64,000 bases of DNA from Camelus dromedarius (lineage: Eukaryota): contig NC_087455.1 in NCBI RefSeq assembly GCF_036321535.1, forward strand, positions 24,614,001 through 24,678,000, written 5' to 3'. The position numbers and the translations under genes were made by a program. Positions 36,851-48,268 of the stretch are shown piece after piece. Below the pieces are notes generated by a model that had not been told where the DNA came from, did not search any database, and saw only the letters and a program-made list of their open reading frames with translations. How positions within the stretch are numbered: the stretch's first letter is position 1; every line of letters begins with the position of its first letter.

Positions 36851-38336
36851 TTTTCCCTGTTACCTGTCAGAATTGACATCCAGCATAGGGATGTATATTA
36901 AGATTTTTGTGTCAGAGAGTTTGTAGGGGGGGAAATGGAGTAATTCTTACAGGGCTTAGCTTCAAAAGTGAGTTTGAATTATGTAATATGTCACCATTTG
37001 GTGAATTGTATATGCTAACTTGAGGGCTCATGATTTTAATTTTTTGTTAGAGTCTAGACATAGCTACTTTACTCTTATGCCTTTTTACTTGATGTTGAGT
37101 GTGAATGACTGTTTTTGGAAATGCACTTCAGGAGAATTTCTAAATCCCATTTAATTCGTTCAGATTCTTACATTCTACTTGATGCTTGGTTGATGGGTGC
37201 ATTGAACTGGCACATCTGAGTGCTCATTTCACCTTTCCTTGAGCTTCTGTCTGTGGTGCTGAGTCCTGATGATCAGGACCTGATGGGTGCTAATAAAAAG
37301 GCACTTAAGTACCTTGCATGGCAACTGATGTGCATTCAAGAAGTTCTTTGGGGAAATCCTGGCTCCCATCACCAGATGTGCAACCTGCCTCTGCGCTACC
37401 TGCTTGCGTTTTGGGTGAAATATGTTGTATTGCTTTGTCTCAAGGTAAAATGTGTTGAACCAGTGTTATTTTTCCTCTGATGATTGCAGTGGCTGCTTGG
37501 GTACACCTTTTCCTCCAGTTCTGATAGACTGTCTTGAATATTAATGCCGACGTGTTAGATTAGGAGAATGTATTTATTGTGTTCTGGGTAGGTCTGCTGT
37601 GCCCTCAGTCGGACCCACGCGAGACTTCATCCACATTTATTTTGCAACCATGTCTTGGTTCATCTTTCCTTGACCTGCACTTATCAAGTATTCTGGGCTT
37701 CCCTGTGACATCTTAGTTAGTTCAGAGTTGAAGCATGCATGACGCATGCCTCATACAGGCTTTCTGCTTCCTTCTGGTGGGTAAAAGATATTCCATCCAT
37801 TTAACCACAGTATGACCATAGTTAATCACGGTTATAAATGCACCTCTGAGCCGCCAGTCTACAAGGATTATGACTCCAGTGGTGCTGGCACTAGAGAGTA
37901 ATTGGGAGCTTACAATTGGGGTCATTTTCCTCTTTTTTTTTTTTTTTGTAAAAATGTTAGCTCTTTATGTGTTAAAATAAACCTGTGACTCTACTTAACT
38001 TTCTCCCTCCATATTTTAAAATCTCCTAGTAGCTTTGAGTTTTTGTATAGTGAGATACATACTTTGGCAGGATCAGCAAAATCATCTAATTAAAGTCCTT
38101 CGATCCTGATACCATTAAGAATATTCATCTCTGGAGATGACTTCAATGTTGTGGGAGGCTTATAAATTTTCAGAAATACTATTTTCCTAAGGAATACTTC
38201 TGGAGAGAAGGATCTATCCAGTCTTTCATAACTAAGTGATATGTTTTATGTAGGTAAAAAAATGGTATTAATAACATTTTTGAGCAGCCAATTAATATAG
38301 ATTTCTCAAAGCTAATACTTCTTTCAGAAGTTAAAG

Positions 38337-38383
38337 ACCAGAAACTAACACAACATTGTAAATCAGTTGTACTTCAATAAAAA
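38337..38383 (+). mobile_element. L1 extreme 3' tip
   Basis: accagaaactaacacaacattgtaaatcagttgtacttcaataaaa. Confidence 0.8.
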
Positions 38384-41299
38384 GTTTTGGAAGCCTTTTC
38401 CCTAAAAATATTGGTATCTATTGAAGGACTCATGACAAAAGATAAAAAGAGCTTTGAGAAAATAAGGTTTCATTCTGCATGTTCTAAAATTTTAGAATTC
38501 TTGACACAAGTTTGCCTTTATTATGCCTAAAATTTTTTCTAGACTAAATTCACGTAGATTTAGCTCCTCTAAAACTTTAAGGGCGTTTAGAAACTTATCT
38601 GTCAAAGCTTTATTAACACTGTTAATTTTCACATTGATTTTCTAAGGCATAATGATTATAACAGTGAACATCTAGAGCGTTAAAATTTGTTGTTTGGTAT
38701 CAAAGATCAGATTACATGTTTTATTTTTCTATCAATACTTGCAACTTAATGTAAAACTAAGCAAAGTATCCTAAGATAGGCATTTCTCATTTTGGTCAAA
38801 TTTTGTGTGGCTTCTTAGTTCATGACCCTGATACTTAGTTTGGAGTATATATGATTACAGGAATTTTTTATCCCAATGTTGCCCAGCTCTAGTGGGAGGA
38901 TCTATACTCAGCTTGATTTGTATAAGATCTGACATGCAAGTTCCCTGTTACTGGTGCCAGAGATAAGGTTTTCGTTTCTAAATAAATATCTTGAATTTGG
39001 TATTGGGCAGAGATAAAGATTAGCAATTCCATAGTAAGAGTGATCGATGAAGTTAATATTAATTGTTCATTTAAAGAAAGCTGTTGAACTTGTGACATTA
39101 TTTAACCTGCAAATATGGAGTGAGGCTAAGATGCCAACAGCCCACTGTTCAGTCCTATTATTTTCAGAATTAGAAGTCTGTACCCCTTGTCAGGAATGGG
39201 TGCCTTCACCTTGAAGGAATTTAGATTTCTTCTTTTTGGCAGGGCTGACTCCAGAAACAGGGGAGCACTTTTTAAAAGTTTTAGGACTACATTAGAAACA
39301 GATGGGTATTCAACACCTACATAACATGTTCTATGGGGTAAAATGTGACTAACTGGATTTAATTTAACAAAGGATCAGACTGAAAATACCAGGATTCATA
39401 AAACCAAACTTTGCAATTTAAGGGGAACACAAGTCAGATAATTAGAATTAAGAGCAAGGAGTTTTACTCTTTCCCCCCCTCAGTATATGTATCAGTGATT
39501 TAGGAATTATTACCTGGTTTCTGCCTCATGATTTTTATTTTCCCTACCCACATCCCTTTCCCTGTCATGGAGATACGTGTGGATTTGTGTTAATATCACT
39601 GTCTAACACCTTTTTGAGGATTTTTAATGTCTTGTGTGATATATTTCATCTTTAGTATTTTGGGTGGGTCTAGATTTAGAGAAGTGTTTTGGTTGGAATG
39701 ATGCGGTTGTGGATCTCAGCAGGCCTTGGGGTTGGAAAAGTTGAAGCTTACAGAGAGAGCAAATAAACATGGTCATCAAAGCTGGGAATTAAGAAGATCT
39801 GTTTATTCACCTGCACACTTGAATTAAATCTCATAGAAATAGGGAGAGCCATTTCTGACTAAAGATCCTGACAAAATTAATTGCTGTAGTCATGTTTAAA
39901 AGTCTATTTTTGCTTGGCTTTAGATACAGAGATTGGTATAGTCACCATATAATGGGTAAAGAAGTTCTTGTTGAATTAAATTGTTGATTTACAACACAGA
40001 GGTGACTGGAATAGTTGACACTGGACAATGGTTAATTAAACCGAAAAGTCTTTTTGAGGTTTGGGGCATGGAGCTTCAAATTGCAAAAATTACATGTGTT
40101 CTTGCCCTTGAGCATTGAAGAGCACTGCTGCAGACTGAGGGAAGGGAAGAGAGAGCACTTAGGTTGGGTGTGGCTCACATCACTTTTGTTTTAAGAGAAT
40201 TCCTCCTATGTAGTGTTACAAAGATATCTTAAGATATAGACTCAGGTAAGTATTCCCTAATTCATTTTCATTAAGTCAGTCAAAGTTCAAGTAAATAAAG
40301 CAATGCTTTTAATGATTTCAAGAACAACCTTTCAAAAAGTGTAGAGTACAATTTGTTGCCTTTGAAACCCTTGTGGTCAAGATGAAAGTTGGCTTCTGAT
40401 ACATAAGAACAAGAAAGAAAACAAAAAGCCTTTAATTTATGATAATTCGCTTAGCTCTGTAATTCTCTCTTCTCCATGCTTCTTACTACGGGGTGTGATT
40501 TATAGTGAGAAAGTGCTCTTGGTTTAACTTCGGAACTGAAATCAAGTGTAGCTTCAGCTCTACTTTGTGATGTCTGTGGTAGAGACAGCCTTCTCCTTAA
40601 AGCATTCTCCTCTGTACATAAATCTTCCCAATTCTCTTTTTACTTGTGAAACTAAATTTGGGATTTGGATAACCTTGATATTGCCTTTTCAAATTTGCAG
40701 TTAAGTTAGAGAGCAGAAGGTGGCCAGTGAGCCGCTCTCAGACTTGCTGAGAGGGCTCTGCTGTGTGGGGGTGCCTTTGATGCAGCTCCAGCCCTCGCCT
40801 TAGTCTCCTGGTTGCTCCTCCTTAAGGCCTTTTTCTTTAATAAGAGTCATAAATTGCTTCTCAAATACCATGCCTAAGGGTCTTTGTGTTTCAGGTGGGT
40901 TATGTTCTTAGACAACCCTGGAAATGAAAATGAGTTGGGGTCTCCCCGGTCACCACCTCCTCTGCCCAAGCCATTTCATCCATCGTACAGCTTCTGAACC
41001 TTCCTGGTTCTGGTCTCACCCAGCTTTCTGCACCCTACCCACCCACTCTTGGTTTTTACCTCTTCCTTATACAGAGGTTGATCTGTATCCCAGTTTTTGA
41101 AAGTGACATACTCATGCCTTACATCCTGCTCAGGGCACCAATGACAAAATATCAGAATGAAACCTCTTCAGAAGGCAGCGAGGGAAGCTGTCAATAGTAG
41201 AGGCTTATTTCCAGTCGGCTATGTGAACATGCTTTATAAATCATAGTTATTTCATGAGAGTGAGGCATAACAGAAACCCTATGATGAAAATAAAAGCAG

Positions 41300-41640
41300 A
41301 AAAACTGACCCCAACAATAGAATGTAGAGAGAAGCAGAGAGAGGTGGTCAGGGCACTAGGTGAGAGGTAATAAATGCCTGACTTATGAGGAGATGAGTAG
41401 AAATCACAAGAGTGAGAGTTGAAATTAAGTCTCGAAGAGGAGAAATGATCATGGAAGCTAGAAGAGGAAGAAAACTGTCAGTAATGACCTAGCTATAGGA
41501 GTTGTGAGGACCAGAAACTGAGAATGGGGTCTTCAGCTAGGCATCTGTAAACTCACTGAAGTCTTTGTAAAAGTAGTGTTGAGGATAATTGGGTGGTGGT
41601 GGAAAGTAGAGGCTGCAGATAACACTGACATTTCCAAGAA
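41300..41640 (-). mobile_element. L2 fragment
   Basis: Purine-rich ...cactgaagtctttgtaaaagtagtgttgaggataattgggtggtgg. Confidence 0.55.
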
Positions 41641-42894
41641 ATATGAGTGATACTGGTCTGGTTCAATGATCTTCGAAGATGCTCACAACTTGATTGAAAC
41701 TGGGCAAGTTATGATATGGTGTATAAAAAGTATGATCAGTTATGAAAAATACAAATTACATATTATAAATATTGTATATGCATATGTATATAAGGGATGT
41801 CTGGAAAGTTTGCCAAAATTTTATTAGGAATTATTATATCTGAGGCGGTGATTTTTCATCTGAATTGTTTCTTGCTTCACAATTGCAGGTTTAAGGAAAA
41901 AAAAGGTAATAAATTAGAAAATTGGGAAGGATAGATAAATTTGCAAGCAAGAGAAAGTCCATAAAATAGACTCATTATGTAGATAAGAGCAGTTCAGCAG
42001 TTGAGAGAACGAAGTCCTGGAACAGGTGGGAAGAAGTAGATCTTAATGGCCATTTCAAAGGGTTATCTTGGCCCTGATTTCTGGTCCCGTCTTGGTTCTT
42101 CTTTGGCCCGTTTTCTGAAAGGTTAGACTAAGCCCTTGTTTTAGAATCTCTCTGGAAGATAGGCTATAAGAACAAATCAGGGAGCCCAGGAAAAGTGGGG
42201 AGAGCATGTTGTGGAATTGAAACCTAATGTAGATCTGCTACAAGTGGCTGTAAATATATTGGCTTTTGAATCATAAGCAAAGAAAGGGAGGAAGGGGTGG
42301 TACACAGTGTGCCTTGTGGTAGAGATGCTAGTCTGAATACTTACTGCTTTGTATTAGTTTTACATGCAATAAAGATTATATGTAAGGCAAATGGGATGTC
42401 ATCTCAAAGCTAAAAGTTTTAATAATTGATGAAGTTTCTATTCCTTCTCTTATTTCTTTCTTCTGTGGGTTAACCCAATAAAATGTAGTTAGTGTGTCCT
42501 TATTAATCTTGTTTATGGCCGTGTTTGGTATAAGGATAAGTAAAAGTTACATGAATTTTTCATATTTTAGACATTATTCTGGAATTTCAGATTGTATAAT
42601 TTCTGAATTTTGTACTAGGGCTAAAAACAGACTTTGTTTTCTTTTAAATTACCTTATTTATCACTAGCTGTAGTGAACTTCTTAAGGTTGATACATCAAT
42701 TTTCAGATTCTGTTTCAGCATTTACTTAGTTTATTATCCCCCTTGTCCCTCCAATACGATATTTCTATTGTCAAAAAAAATTTAAAGAATATCTTACAGG
42801 TGAGCATCTGATATAGTTTATAAATCTAAAAAAAGAAATGTGATTATAAGTAACTACTTTATCCTGAAGCTAGTCTATGGCCTATCCTTTTTTT

Positions 42895-43900
42895 TTTCTT
42901 TAAAAAATTGAGATAATTCACTTATAAATTATGCACATTATTTATAAAAAATGCACAGGTCCTAAATGCACAGTTTGGAAAATATATACATTTGTGTGGC
43001 CAATATCCAATCACAATTAGAACATTTCCATCATATCCTACAGTGGGCAAAATAGTGCCCCTTCCTCCCCGAATTCATGATCACCTGGAAACTCAGAATG
43101 TGACCTTATTTTGAAAAGGGGGCTTTGCAAATGTACTTAAGGTAAGAATGGATATGAAATCATAATGGATTAAGGTGGGCCCTAAGTCCAATGAGTAACT
43201 TTATAAGAAACAGAAGAGGACACGCAGACGTGCACAGAGAAGGCCACGTGACGATGGAGGCAGAGGTTGGAGTTACACTGACATAAGCCAGGGAGCGTTG
43301 GGGCCACCTGAAGAGGCAAGGAGGGGTTCTTCTGTAGGGCCTTCACAAGAAGCGTGGCTCTGCTGACACCTCAGTTTCACACTGCTAGTCTCCAAAACTG
43401 AAAGAACAAACTCTTGTTGTTGAAGCCGCCATGCTGTGGTAATTAATTAGTCAGTCCTAGGAAACTGATATGCTTGCCAAAGAGTCCACTGTGTCCCAAT
43501 CAGTCCCCAGCCCTCAAAGACACTGAGTGTTCTGACGTCTATCACTGTAGATGAGCTCTGCACGTCCTTGATGTCAGTATAAATAGGATCACACAGACCA
43601 TGCTTGTATTTTGGGTGTGGGCCTGGCTTCTGTTGCTCAACATAATGTATAGTTGCTTCACATGTTTGTGTGTGTTTATCAGTCATTTAACCCATTTTAT
43701 CATTTGCATCCGTAGTACAAATATACCATTTCATTCTCCTGTTCACGGGACATTTGGATTGTTACCTCCTACTCATGTTTTATGTATTTGTTACATCTGT
43801 ATGTGGCCGTCACTGGCTTAGATTATGTACCACTGTTTTTTTGGTAGTTGCTCCTAGAGTTTTAGCAGGTGTGTTTAACCTAACAAAGTTGAATTTATTT
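42895..43900 (-). mobile_element. Old L1 (L1MB-like) 3' end, interrupted by MLT1C
   Basis: aattgagataattcac...agaacatttccatca | ...gtataaataggatcacacag...ttcacggggacatttggattgttacc. Confidence 0.75.
43039..43472 (+). mobile_element. MaLR solo LTR, MLT1C-like, sense to RSPO2
   Basis: cacctggaaactcagaatgtgaccttattt...ggtgggccctaagtccaatga...gaaggccacgtgacgatggaggcagaggttggag...ctaggaaactgata. Confidence 0.92.
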
Positions 43901-43929
43901 TGGTCTTCCTCACCTATAATACGGACACT

Positions 43930-45560
43930 TGAGATGCTTTGACTTCAGCTCCCCTTCTCACCTCAAGTCTTCCATGTTATTTATTGCCATTGGATATAAA
44001 ATATATATTATTTTTAAAGCCTGGAAATTAATCATTATTTTTAAAATCAATGTTTTTGTAGATGTACCGACATACTTCTCCATTGGCTTGATCCCTATGC
44101 TTATTATAGTCTACTTCCTTCTGGGTCCCATCTTCTTTTCCCCAATATATATAGTTTATTCTTTCAGTGAGTGTTTTTGATTAGTAAGTTCCTTGCCCTT
44201 ATTTTACCTGAAAATATCTTTATTTTGCCCTCATCCTTTTTTTTAATTAACATTTTTTTAAATTGATTTATAGTCAGTTTACAATGTTGTGTCAATTTCC
44301 AGTGTAGAGCACAGTTTTTCAGTTATACGTGAACATACATATATTCATTGTCACATTCTTTTTCACTGTGAGCTACCACAAGATCTTGTATATATTTCCC
44401 TGTGCTATACAGTATAATCTTGTTTATCTATTCTACATATGCCTGTCAGTATTTACAAATTTCGAACTCCCAGTTTGTCCTTTCCCACCCCTCTCCCCCC
44501 TGGCAAACACAAGTTTTGCCCTCATCCTTAAACAATCATTTAATTGCTTATTGAGTTGTAGTTTGATAATCTTTCCTCAGCTTATTGAAGATAATATTCC
44601 ACTACTAACTGTCTGCTAAAAGTCAAATTTTCACTCCTTTGTAGGTAATCTGCTGTTTCTCTCTGGTTTGAATTCATTCTCCAGTGTAAATATGCTGTGT
44701 TCATCTGCAGACTTGTTTTTAATGGGTCTGCTCAGATTTGTGATTTTTCTTTATTATCTAAGAATTCATGTTTTTCTTTAAATCTAGAAACTATCCATGA
44801 TCTCTTTGAGTTATTATGTCTTACTCATTCTCTTCTGGTTCTGTAACTCCTAATAATCATGTATTGGAACTTCTTCATTTTTTCTCACATGCTTCTTACC
44901 GCTTTAATATTGTTATCTTATTTTGTGCTACAGTTTTTTAAACCTGTTTTCTAGTTAAGTCCCTCTCTTCGGTCTACCATCCAGCTTGTCCATAGAAACT
45001 TTTTCAGTTTTAGAATTGTAATTTTTCTAATTGCACATTTTATGATCTTGCTTCTTCCCACGTGATTTCTAGTCATTTTACCTCTTCAAATACTCTAGAG
45101 AAACTCATTTTAAAGTCACCTTCAGATTGTTCTGTTCTTTCCGATTGTCTAGGTATGAAGTCTCTTACTCAGACTGACTCTTCCTCATAGAGGTTTGCTC
45201 ACACATGTGATTTGTTTATCTTGATGTTAAGGTGGTTTTCCATCGAAGTCCCAGGTCTCAGGACTGTAGAAAATTTCTATAGGGTCATTTTACATTTTTT
45301 TTTTCTTTGTGGGTTTTCCTGGATCTGGGTAAGATTTTTTATGTTAAGCTCTTGACTCAGGGACCCGATGCTACATTGATGATTTGGATTTGGAGCTCAC
45401 ACTTGGATGTCTCGCAGATGTCGGGTAGTTATTTCTCATGGCTTGCATTTTCTCTCCTGTGCTCAGTCCCTCTATGTGCTTATTCCAGAGTGGCAAACCT
45501 CTTCTCTGGCCGGTTGGAGCGGGGGCTTCTCGTACCTGCTTTGTGGATAAACAGCCCTCA
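43930..45560 (-). mobile_element. Old L1 (L1ME-like), host of a young L1
   Basis: ctgaaaatatctttattttgccctcatcc...ttgagttgtagtttg...ttattatctaagaattc. Confidence 0.55.
44239..44513 (-). mobile_element. Young lineage L1 3' end with perfect 16-bp TSD
   Basis: ttttgccctcatcctt at 44223-44238 and 44514-44529; T tail; atagtcagtttacaatgttgtgtcaatttccagtgtagagc. Confidence 0.95.
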
Positions 45561-45611
45561 TGACTCCAGTCTACATAGAGACAAGTGTCAGCTCTTTACA
45601 TGCTTATTGCC

Positions 45612-45698
45612 TTTCTTTCTTTTTTATTTTGAGGTATCATTGATCTATAATAATGTGTTAGTTTTAGGTGTAAAGCAAAGTGAGTCTATGTGCATATG
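45612..45698 (-). mobile_element. L1 3' tip
   Basis: ttttattttgaggtatcattgatctataataatgtgttagttttaggtgtaaagcaaagtga. Confidence 0.75.
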
Positions 45699-45939
45699 TC
45701 TTGGTCTGGATTCAAGACCCTGCCGTGAAGTCTGCTTCTCTCTGGTCTAACATCTCCCAAGCCTCAACTCTGCCTCTAAATTTCCTCTTTGTTTCTAAGT
45801 TTGGTTGTGTATTAATGATTAATTAAAGGTTATTTTGTTTTACATTTCTATGTGATTAAGGTAAAAAGACAAGAGACACGTGTCTTCTAAGCTTTTTGCA
45901 TTGATCAGAAGTCTAGTTGTATTCATATTTAAACATGGG

Positions 45940-45968
45940 TTTTTTTGGTTTGTTTTTTTCTTTTACAG
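45940..45968 (+). promoter_or_regulatory. 3' splice site: polypyrimidine tract and AG
   Basis: tttttttggtttgtttttttcttttacag directly before the exon. Confidence 0.95.
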
Positions 45969-46157
45969 CTAGTTACGTATCAAATCCCATTTGCAAAGGT
46001 TGCTTGTCTTGCTCAAAGGACAATGGGTGCAGCCGATGTCAACAGAAGTTATTTTTCTTTCTTCGAAGAGAAGGCATGCGCCAGTATGGAGAGTGCCTGC
46101 ATTCCTGCCCAACCGGGTACTACGGACACCGAGCCCCAGACATGAACAGATGTGCAC
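45969..46157 (+). CDS. RSPO2: R-spondin 2 internal coding exon (second coding exon, exon 3 in human numbering); furin-like cysteine-rich repeat 1, about residues 32-95
   Basis: Translates (phase 1) to (A)SYVSNPICKGCLSCSKDNGCSRCQQKLFFFLRREGMRQYGECLHSCPTGYYGHRAPDMNRCA(R), matching RSPO2 as I recall it. It is bounded by a polypyrimidine tract plus ACAG and by GTGAGC. Its 189 bp are a multiple of 3 with phase 1 at both ends. Confidence 0.98.
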
Positions 46158-46163
46158 GTGAGC
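46158..46163 (+). promoter_or_regulatory. 5' splice donor
   Basis: CAC|GTGAGC at the position where RSPO2 homology ends. Confidence 0.93.
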
Positions 46164-47167
46164 AGTTGACTTTTGTCCAACCTCTTTTACTGTTGATGCA
46201 ACTTAGGGGAAGTTAAGTTGAAATTTTGGACTTGAAAAAAGTGTATTTTTAATATGCTACAGAAATAGTTTAAGCTTCAACTTAAAAAAAAAAGGAGTGG
46301 GGTGGGATAAGAACACTTCTGCTTTATCTTTTGTATAGAAGTATATTGTGCACACACTTTTTTTTTTTAAGATTACCTCAGTATTTTTTTTTAAGTAACA
46401 TGTATCTCAAACACAAGCATGTGAGGCAGATATTTGTAGGGCAAATTTGCTCAGCACTTACCAAAAAAAAGAAAAAGGAATTTTAAATACCTTTACACTA
46501 GGAACATCCTCTCCAGTTTCCAATAATGCCTGCAACTTCTTTTTCCTCTTACATTTGAATTTATAATACCTGAATTAATCTAATCTGTAATTTAATACAT
46601 ACATTTTAGTTCTGTAAAGCACCATTACTGATAAAAGATGTAACTAAACTATTTAGTTTACTTCAGAGTATCCTGAGTTTGACAACCACAAAAAAGGTTA
46701 TTAAAGAATGGCAATCTATACATTGGAATGCAAGTACAATTTTTCATCTTTTAATCCAAAAATCACAGAATGACTGTCAACTTCCAGGTAAACAATAGAA
46801 ATTAGAGTTTTAAAAAATGAATGAGATCCCAGAAGAACATCCCTTTTTTAAAGGAGCTCAAATTTTAGGGCATAGGAGGGATAAGGAAAAGGGGAACGTG
46901 GAGTGAAATGACAGATGGGTAGGAAGTTTAATCATAATTCAATACACTAAGTGCTAGATCAGCAGGCAATCAGTGTGTTGTGGGTGTGACAATTACCTTC
47001 AATTAACACACTGTGTGCATGACTATTAAATCAGCTGAGATCCTGAGATAAGGAGAGTTTGAATTTTATCATCCAAGAACAGTGTTATTTTGGAAGGAAG
47101 CAGGACTAACAGAGGGAGATTAAATAGATTCTAGAGAGAAGGAACCACATGTTTGTAAAAATAATAT

Positions 47168-47367
47168 ATTGGGGAAACCATAAGTCTCATTTGGGGGTAC
47201 TCTTGGCAAGGCAACTTTTCTGACATTGCTGGACATTTTAATGTTCTTAGTTCCTGATTGTTAAATATTCTTTGTTTCCCCCAAATATCTGTGACAAGAA
47301 AAAATGTCCCTAAACATTTCTAAACACCTCCCAGGGGAGCAGTACCATTCCTGGAGGAGGACCATTG
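47168..47367. mobile_element. MER20-like hAT element
   Basis: tgtgacaagaaaaaatgtccctaaacatttctaaacacctcccaggggagc...gaccattg. Confidence 0.65.
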
Positions 47368-47369
47368 AG

Positions 47370-47760
47370 GTAGTATGTGCTTACTGTGAGGTGTGGTTGG
47401 AATTGAGAATGAAAAGGGAGGCTTGAGTGCAAATCATAAAGGTCTTGAGTGCCATGTTAAGAAGTCTGGGTATTATCTGAGGGTTTTGAGCAGGCAGTGG
47501 CTTTAATGAAGATAATTCTTGCAGAAGTTCAGGAGATGAGCTGGAGAAGGATAGAAAGTAGAGGAAGGCTCCGGTAGCACCTGCAGGTGGGAAATCATGT
47601 TCTGATGAAAGATTTGTGGGTAATGAATCCCAGAGACTGAAAACAGAATCAATGAGACTTGTGGAGAGAGAATCAACTTTGATCCTAAGGTTTCTAGCTA
47701 AGGTGCCTGGGTGAATAATTTTATCCTTAGCACAAATAAATGATAGAAATAAATAGAGTT
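47370..47760 (-). mobile_element. L2 fragment
   Basis: aggtcttgagtgccatgttaagaagtctggg...gagggttttgagcagg...ctaaggtttctagctaaggtgcctgggtg. Confidence 0.7.
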
Positions 47761-48135
47761 AGAGGAAATTTGTATGTACTTCATTTCATGGAATTGTTGG
47801 ATTAACAACTAGAGAGACACAACTCCTCCAAAGTATCAACAGATTAACTGATTTTTTGAAATACGTACCTTAAGGCATATGACTTGAGTTACCTAGTAAT
47901 ATGTCTCTCGTGGCTTTTGAACTCCCATAGGAGGATGGGTCCATCTTGAAGTGGATTCCTGTTCAGATTGCTTTAGACCACCTATGGCAAGGGGAGGTGG
48001 GATTTAAGTCCAGGAATATTGTGGTTTTTATTCCAGACTAATCAGTGCACAAGGAAGATGAGACAAGAGTGTAGATGGCTCCAGGCATTTATTCAAAGTT
48101 CTTTGCCTAGCGTTCTATTCCCTGTGTACAGACAG

Positions 48136-48268
48136 TAGGGTGACCGTATAAGGTATTTATTCCACCTGAGACATTGGGAATTGAAAGAGGCTGCTATTAA
48201 TAACTATGCGGGCACATTGGGTGTAAACCAGGACTGTCCTGGGCAAACTGGAATGGATGATGATTCAG
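48136..48268. mobile_element. MER94-like hAT-Blackjack MITE
   Basis: tagggtgacc...gaaagaggctgctattaataact...aaaccaggactgtcctgggcaaactgg. Confidence 0.8.

Larger units (their letters stand above)
1..45968 (+). other. RSPO2: RSPO2 intron upstream of the exon (partial)
   Basis: No signal-peptide exon (MQFRLFSF...SKR) seen in the window; repeat-rich, ends in a canonical acceptor. Confidence 0.85.

Noticed and set aside
40730-40759. Small hairpin gagccgctctcag-acttg-ctgagagggctc
   Set aside because: A 12-bp stem with a bulge and no other support; expected occasionally by chance.
45917-45968. 5' extension of the 99-aa ORF over the RSPO2 exon (MYSYLNMGFFGLFFSFT)
   Set aside because: It is the polypyrimidine tract read in frame; homology starts at the AG acceptor.
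240-47690. Scattered TCF/LEF motifs (CTTTGAT, e.g. 240-248 and about 40775) suggesting Wnt feedback
   Set aside because: About a dozen hits is what a 7-mer gives in 64 kb of AT-rich DNA, and they are not clustered.
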